NCBI RefSeq assembly: GCF_006345805.1
Contig: NW_021826365.1
Location: 1-12,845 of the forward strand
Reading direction: 5' to 3'
DNA length: 12,845 bases
DNA from: Octopus sinensis
Lineage: Eukaryota
The position numbers and the translations under genes were made by a program. Below are positions 8,341-12,845 of this stretch, in pieces (the first letter of the stretch is position 1; each line of letters begins with the position of its first letter). The notes under the pieces were generated by a model. The model did not search any database. It was not told the DNA's origin and worked only from the letters and a program-made list of their open reading frames with translations.

Positions 8341-8600
8341 TCAGAAATTACTTACAGTATTGGACGAAATGCTTTGTAGTGCTTGTTCTGCACTCTGTGC
8401 GCTGAGTTCAAATCCTGCCGGTGGTAACATTGCTTTTTATTCTTTCCTGGTCGACTTGAAATGCTTATCTGTCTTTTGTTCTTTAAGATACATCAACCTC
8501 CAATAACATCTTCCAATGTATCACTTCTTTCTTTTTAAAGAAGGCAACACGTAATTAGAAGGGAAAGGTTGCTGCTCTTTCTAGCAGACTGACAGACCAG
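8341..8600 (+). mobile_element. Family A-related SINE with a different tail, diverged
   Basis: Has CTGAGTTCAAATCCTGCCG (B box) and TTGCTTTTTATTCTTTCCTGGTCGA. The tail GCTGCTCTTTCTAGCAG..GACCA is also seen at 128-190. Confidence 0.65.
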
Positions 8601-8847
8601 TAAAAGTTACATTAATAGTGTTAATTTATTCTGTAACTCTATATCTTTACCGAAAGACGGTAACACATAACATTATAACACTACCGTTGTCATGCTGCTT
8701 AAATTGCGTGCGATACTATATGATAATGAATCATAGTTTGTTATGCAAAGAGAACAATTGCAATTGTTTTATATTAAACATGTTAATGTATTTACGTAAA
8801 TGATGCAAAAGATAAAGAATAAGTGGAAGTTAGGTGGACGATTGCAC

Positions 8848-8985
8848 GTATGTATATGCGTGTGTATGTGTATGTGTGTGTGTGTAATATACTCACATAT
8901 ATGTTTCTGTGTCTATATATCTAAGTATGATATGTGTAATTTATATATATACATATATATATGCATATATATATATATATATATA

Positions 8986-9038
<53 letters not shown>

Positions 9039-9140
9039 GCATATCTGCTCATATATATATATATATATATAAAACCCTATATACTTGTACACGCACACAC
9101 AACACAGACACACGTGTGCATGCACACACACATACACGTA
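8848..9140. repeat. Compound (TG)n/(TA)n/(CA)n microsatellite
   Basis: Directly visible. Confidence 0.95.
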
Positions 9141-9214
9141 TGTATGGGCGGATAAGTTGGGCGATAAAGAGTTAGATAGGTTAACGTGGTATGTCTGTAT
9201 ATACACAAAGACAC

Positions 9215-9271
9215 ATGCATACATACATTACATACATACATACATACATACGTACATACATACATACATAC

Positions 9272-9302
<31 letters not shown>

Positions 9303-9342
9303 CATACATACATACATACATACATACATGCAGAGAGAGAGA
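9215..9342. repeat. (CATA)n followed by short (GA)n microsatellite
   Basis: Directly visible. Confidence 0.95.
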
Positions 9343-10030
9343 AACAGACAGAATCTGATAAAATGAAAGAAGAATTGAAGAAATCTTTTAAGTCACTTAT
9401 CTATACGGAAGACATTGCAGTCACATTTTCATATATTCTCGTTCGTTTGTTCATTTGGTTTGGGGTTTTTTTTTAGTCTGATATTTTCCAACATATTTTT
9501 GCTTGAATTTCACTCCGTTCATCACCATTGTCTCTATTTCTCTCGCACCTTCTTCCCCCCTCCCACACCCCTCTCTCTCTCTCTCATTCATTCTCTCTGT
9601 TCCTTGTTCTTTCTCTTCTTGTTGGCCAAAAGGGGGAACTTCTATGTCGTCATTTATTTTGATAGAAATGGATATCAAATCTTCCTGAAATTATACTCTC
9701 CGTCTTGGAAAGCGACGGGTGGCACAAATATGACTTTAGTCATAAATATGTAACAACCAAGAGAGCAAGAGCAGTGCGAAGTGGTCATGGCTGGAAAATC
9801 TATGCTTTTTGCTTTGCTTAAAACCTTTCTAGTTTTCTCTCCCTTCTGTCCACCGGATCCCCTTTTATTGCCTCTCTCTACCATTTTCTCGATCTCTTCA
9901 TCACTCTCCCACTTCTTTCATCGAAACCTTTCTCTTCTCTCCATTCTTATCTCCCCTCTCTCTTTCTCTCTCTACCTTTGTCTCACATTCTCTAGTGGAA
10001 ACCATCCTAATAGTTGGAAACATGGTACAG

Positions 10031-10189
10031 TTTACATTATTTACATTATTTACATTTGACTGATATTTCTCCTCGCCTTGTTTCTAGTTAACATAACGTT
10101 TCAGCTGATATACTCTCCAGCCTTTACCAGGTGCCTTGGAGCAAATTTCGAACCTGGGTTCTCATTCCTAAGGTATTTTTCGATGTTGT

Positions 10190-10190
<1 letters not shown>
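10031..10190 (-). mobile_element. Short Penelope-like terminal repeat fragment with a degenerate hammerhead motif
   Basis: The - strand at 10091-10134 reads GCAC-CTGGTAA-A-GGCTGG-AGAGTATA-TCAGCT-GAAACGT-TA-TGT. It is flanked by (TTTACATTA)n on the left and (TAA)n on the right. Confidence 0.55.
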
Positions 10191-10230
<40 letters not shown>

Positions 10231-10242
10231 TAATAATAATAA

Positions 10243-10599
10243 TCAATACCAGCGGATGACAACGTGTCTCTAAAAGAAATGGAGAAACTTTCAAAATACA
10301 AAACCTGGAAATAGAGGTAACCAGAATGTGGACTCTAAAAACAGAAACAATTCCTATCATAATAGGTGCATTAGGCATGATAAAAAAATATTCAGACAAA
10401 TACATAGCAAAAACACCAGGACTTACAAACACATATAACATACAGAAAATTGCACTACTAGGCACTGCACACATCCTACGCAGAACACTTTCCATACAAT
10501 AACCATCAGAGCATCACAACATATCACAGCACATACCCAAGGCACACAGAGCTGCGCTCGGTAGTGAAGTGAAAGTATGATATAAAAAATATACTACTG

Positions 10600-10600
<1 letters not shown>
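10243..10600 (+). mobile_element. 5'-truncated Dong/R4-clade non-LTR retrotransposon (RLE C-terminus and 3' UTR) inserted in (TAA)n
   Basis: Translation with one frameshift gives SIPADDNVSLKEMEKLSKYK/LEIEVTRMWTLKTETIPIIIGALGMIKKYSDKYIAKTPGLTNTYNIQKIALLGTAHILRRTLSIQ* (stop at 10500-10502). These are the K..KY..L, P.IIGALG and QK..LLGTAHILR motifs of R4/Dong. (TAA)n lies on both sides (10191-10243, 10601-10649), the known Dong target. Confidence 0.9.
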
Positions 10601-10649
<49 letters not shown>

Positions 10650-10950
10650 TCCTCCTCCTTCTCCTCCTTCACCTCCTCATCATCATCATCATCACCATTT
10701 ATCTTCATCTTTTTTTTTTGCCGTTTTTTATTTTCACTTTCATCATCATCACCACCGCCACTACGACCACGACCACGAGCACCACGAGCACCACGACGAC
10801 CAGCACCATCACCATCATCATCATCATGACCACCCCCATCATCTACTTTTCCTCCTCCTCCACCTACACCTCCTCCCCCATGTCCCTTGCTCCCTCCTAT
10901 CCTACCGCTATTTTTCCCCCACTTTCTACCTCTTATCTCTCCTCTAAAAC
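10650..10950. repeat. Compound trinucleotide and pyrimidine-rich low-complexity tract (TCC, CAT, ACC, ACG)
   Basis: Directly visible. It is the source of the G/D/E/L-run pseudo-ORF at 10514-11029. Confidence 0.9.
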
Positions 10951-11291
10951 TCCATTGCAGTGTAACCTTTTGACAGATTACCGTTAAATAAAATGCAAGA
11001 ATCTGATTGAGATCTTCAGATGGAATCATAAATATCTCATCATTCCCTTATTAATCATAATTTTCTTTTCTTCTTGAACATTCGGTGAGGAGTAGGGGGC
11101 AAAAGCGGAACGTAATAGATAATGAAATAAAAATTCCATTCTTCAGTTATTCTTTGTATATTCCTGTTCTTGTTCTTGTCGCTTCTATAATTTTATTTTT
11201 TTTAATGTTCATCGGAAAGCATTATCCAGAGTGGCAAGCGTGTTTTTAGCCCCCCAAACACTTAGCGCCTGATGGTAGGGGTAAATGTAAG

Positions 11292-12430
11292 TACGAGATA
11301 TATTCCAAAAGTTTTGAGATTTTTTTTAGCTGAGGCAGTTATAACTGTTCTAGATTATTACAATTTTGGTATATCATTACTGTGCATCCAATAAGCTGGT
11401 TTGCCAAATTTTGCTATTCCAGATTGAAAGAAGCGACTGTGATGCCCCTTTGAACACACCTTACAAAACAATGTTTGCCACAGCTGAATTGGTTGCAGAA
11501 TGTAGTCAGGACGTTTGGAAGATCGCTGTGCATTAATATTTTGTATTAAACTGGGAGGAAACTCTACAGAAACCTATGCAATGTTCCAGACTGGTTATGG
11601 ATGAATGACTTTTGCTGGAATAAGAAGTTCGAGGACGATAGAGAGGAAGTGAGAGACAATGAGAGGAGTGGAAGGAAGATGGACGTAAGTTCTTGGAGCT
11701 TGTTGAGAAAATTCGCAGTTTTCTGGATGAAGACTATCGTGTCTATAAAAGGCGGCGAGCTGGCAGAAACGTTAGCACGCCGGGCGAAATGCGTAGCCGT
11801 ATTTCGTCTGCCGCTTCGTTCTGAGTTCAAATTCCGCCGAGGTCGACTTTGCCTTTCATCCTTTCGGGGTCGATAAATTAAGTACCAGTTACGCACTGGG
11901 GTCGATATAATCGACTTAATCCGTTTGTCTGTCCTTCTTTGTCCTCTCTGTGTTTAGCCCCTTGTGGGTAATAAAGAATTATATCGTGTGTCTATAAATT
12001 ATATCGTGTGTTTATAAAGCATATAGCCTGGAGTTGGTGTGGAAACTACACAGAATTATTCATTTGGACATGTACAAAATTTGTGAAAAGTTTGTTCTCA
12101 GTGTCCTCAGTGACGAGCATCCTGGTAAGCAAATACTTAACAGAGATGGACATCAAAATTGTCCCTCAGCTTCCTACAGTTAAGACCTTACTTCCTGTGA
12201 CTTCTGGTTGTTCTCCGATTTGAATAAAAAAACCTCGGTCGCAGTCGTTTTGAAGATGAAGTCCTCTGACACCTTCATTTTGGGAGACGTCTATATGGCC
12301 GTTACGAAGTGACTGGAGTGCTACAGCAAGTGTATTGAAGTTACAGTGTCCATCTTTGAAGGAGCTTAAAGTTTTGTACTTCTTTGAAATAATAAATGTT
12401 TTTTCTGCGCAAGTCTGTAAATTTCTGGAA
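11292..12430 (+). mobile_element. Degenerate, internally deleted mariner (Tc1/mariner) DNA transposon
   Basis: Left end TA+CGAGATATATTCCAAAAGTTTTGAGATTT with an inverted remnant at 12411-12430. Transposase fragments in order: LEDRCALIFCIKLGGNSTETYAMFQTGYG* (11515-11604), FCWNKKFEDDREEVRDNERSGR, KICEKFVLSVLSDE, IKIVPQLP/S*DLTSCDFWLFSDLNK (about YSPDLAPCDFWLF), K*LECYSKCIEV...FEGA*. Confidence 0.88.
11751..11978 (+). mobile_element. SINE family A, full length and least diverged copy, nested in the mariner
   Basis: GGCGGCGAGCTGGCAGAAACG head, GAGTTCAAATTCC B box and central GCCTTTCATCCTTTCGGGGTCGATAAATTAAGTACCAG block. Target-site sequence at 11735-11749, repeated at 11982-11998 and 12002-12018. 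Confidence 0.92.
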
Positions 12431-12845
12431 TGTAGGACTGGCTGTGTGGTAAGTAGCTTGCTTACCAACCACATGGTTCCGGGTTTAGTCCCACTGCGTG
12501 GCACCTTGGGCAAGTGTCTTCTAGTATAGCCTCGAGTCGACCAAAGCATAGTAAGTGGATTTGGTGGACGGAAACTGAAAGAAGCCCGTCGTATATATGT
12601 ATATATATATGTATGTATGTATGTGTGTGTGTATATATGTTTGTGTGTCTGTTTTTGTCCCCCCAACATCGCTTGACAACCGATGCTGTTGTGTTTACGT
12701 CCCCGTAACTTAGCGGTTCGGCAAAAGAGACCGGTAGAAAAAGTACCAGGCTTACAAATAATAAGTCCTGGGGTCGATTTGTCCGACTAAAAGCGGTTCT
12801 CCAGCATGGCCACAGTCAAAAGACTGAAACAAGTAAAAGAGAAAA
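12431..12845 (+). mobile_element. SINE family B, near full length (tRNA-like head, CORE-like block, internal microsatellite, structured tail)
   Basis: A box TGGCTGTGTGG, B-box-like GGTTTAGTCCC, CORE-like GGCACCTTGGGCAAGTGTCTT, internal (TA/TG)n at 12592-12650, and a tail shared with 1-100 and 5455-5652. Confidence 0.9.

Noticed and set aside
9525-9995. Long pyrimidine-rich tracts (possible H-DNA) and hydrophobic ORFs
   Set aside because: Imperfect CT-rich low complexity without clear mirror symmetry. The ORFs reflect composition only.
10514-11029. 171-aa Gly/Asp/Glu/Leu-rich ORF and possible G-quadruplex on the - strand
   Set aside because: It is a translation of compound trinucleotide repeats, and the G runs are irregular and expected in such tracts.
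1-12845. LTR retrotransposon or circular contig defined by the terminal direct repeats
   Set aside because: The repeats are ~90% identical SINE tails with no TG..CA, PBS or PPT, and there is no gag/pol inside. They are not identical, so this is not an assembly overlap.

Overview
AT-rich eukaryotic non-coding DNA made almost entirely of repeats. From recall, the SINE families and the dense (CATA)n/(TA)n/(TAA)n microsatellites match Octopus (coleoid cephalopod) genomic DNA; I could not verify this by search. I find no intact protein-coding gene, and nearly all listed ORFs are microsatellite or repeat artefacts. The window holds about a dozen copies or fragments of three modular tRNA-type SINE families (my labels A, B, C) and a complete non-autonomous Helitron (833-1186, -). 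It also holds decayed RLE-type non-LTR retrotransposon fragments (HERO-like, two R4/Dong-like, CRE-like) and an internally deleted mariner with two nested SINEs. The most interesting signals are two different short repeats that each carry a variant Penelope-type minimal hammerhead-ribozyme motif (4727-4766 and 10091-10134, both -), a Helitron end whose 17-bp-arm palindrome includes the terminal CTAG, a closely spaced inverted SINE pair, SINEs with triplicated target sites, and a diverged 35-36 bp minisatellite. All family names come from manual motif recognition, not database hits.
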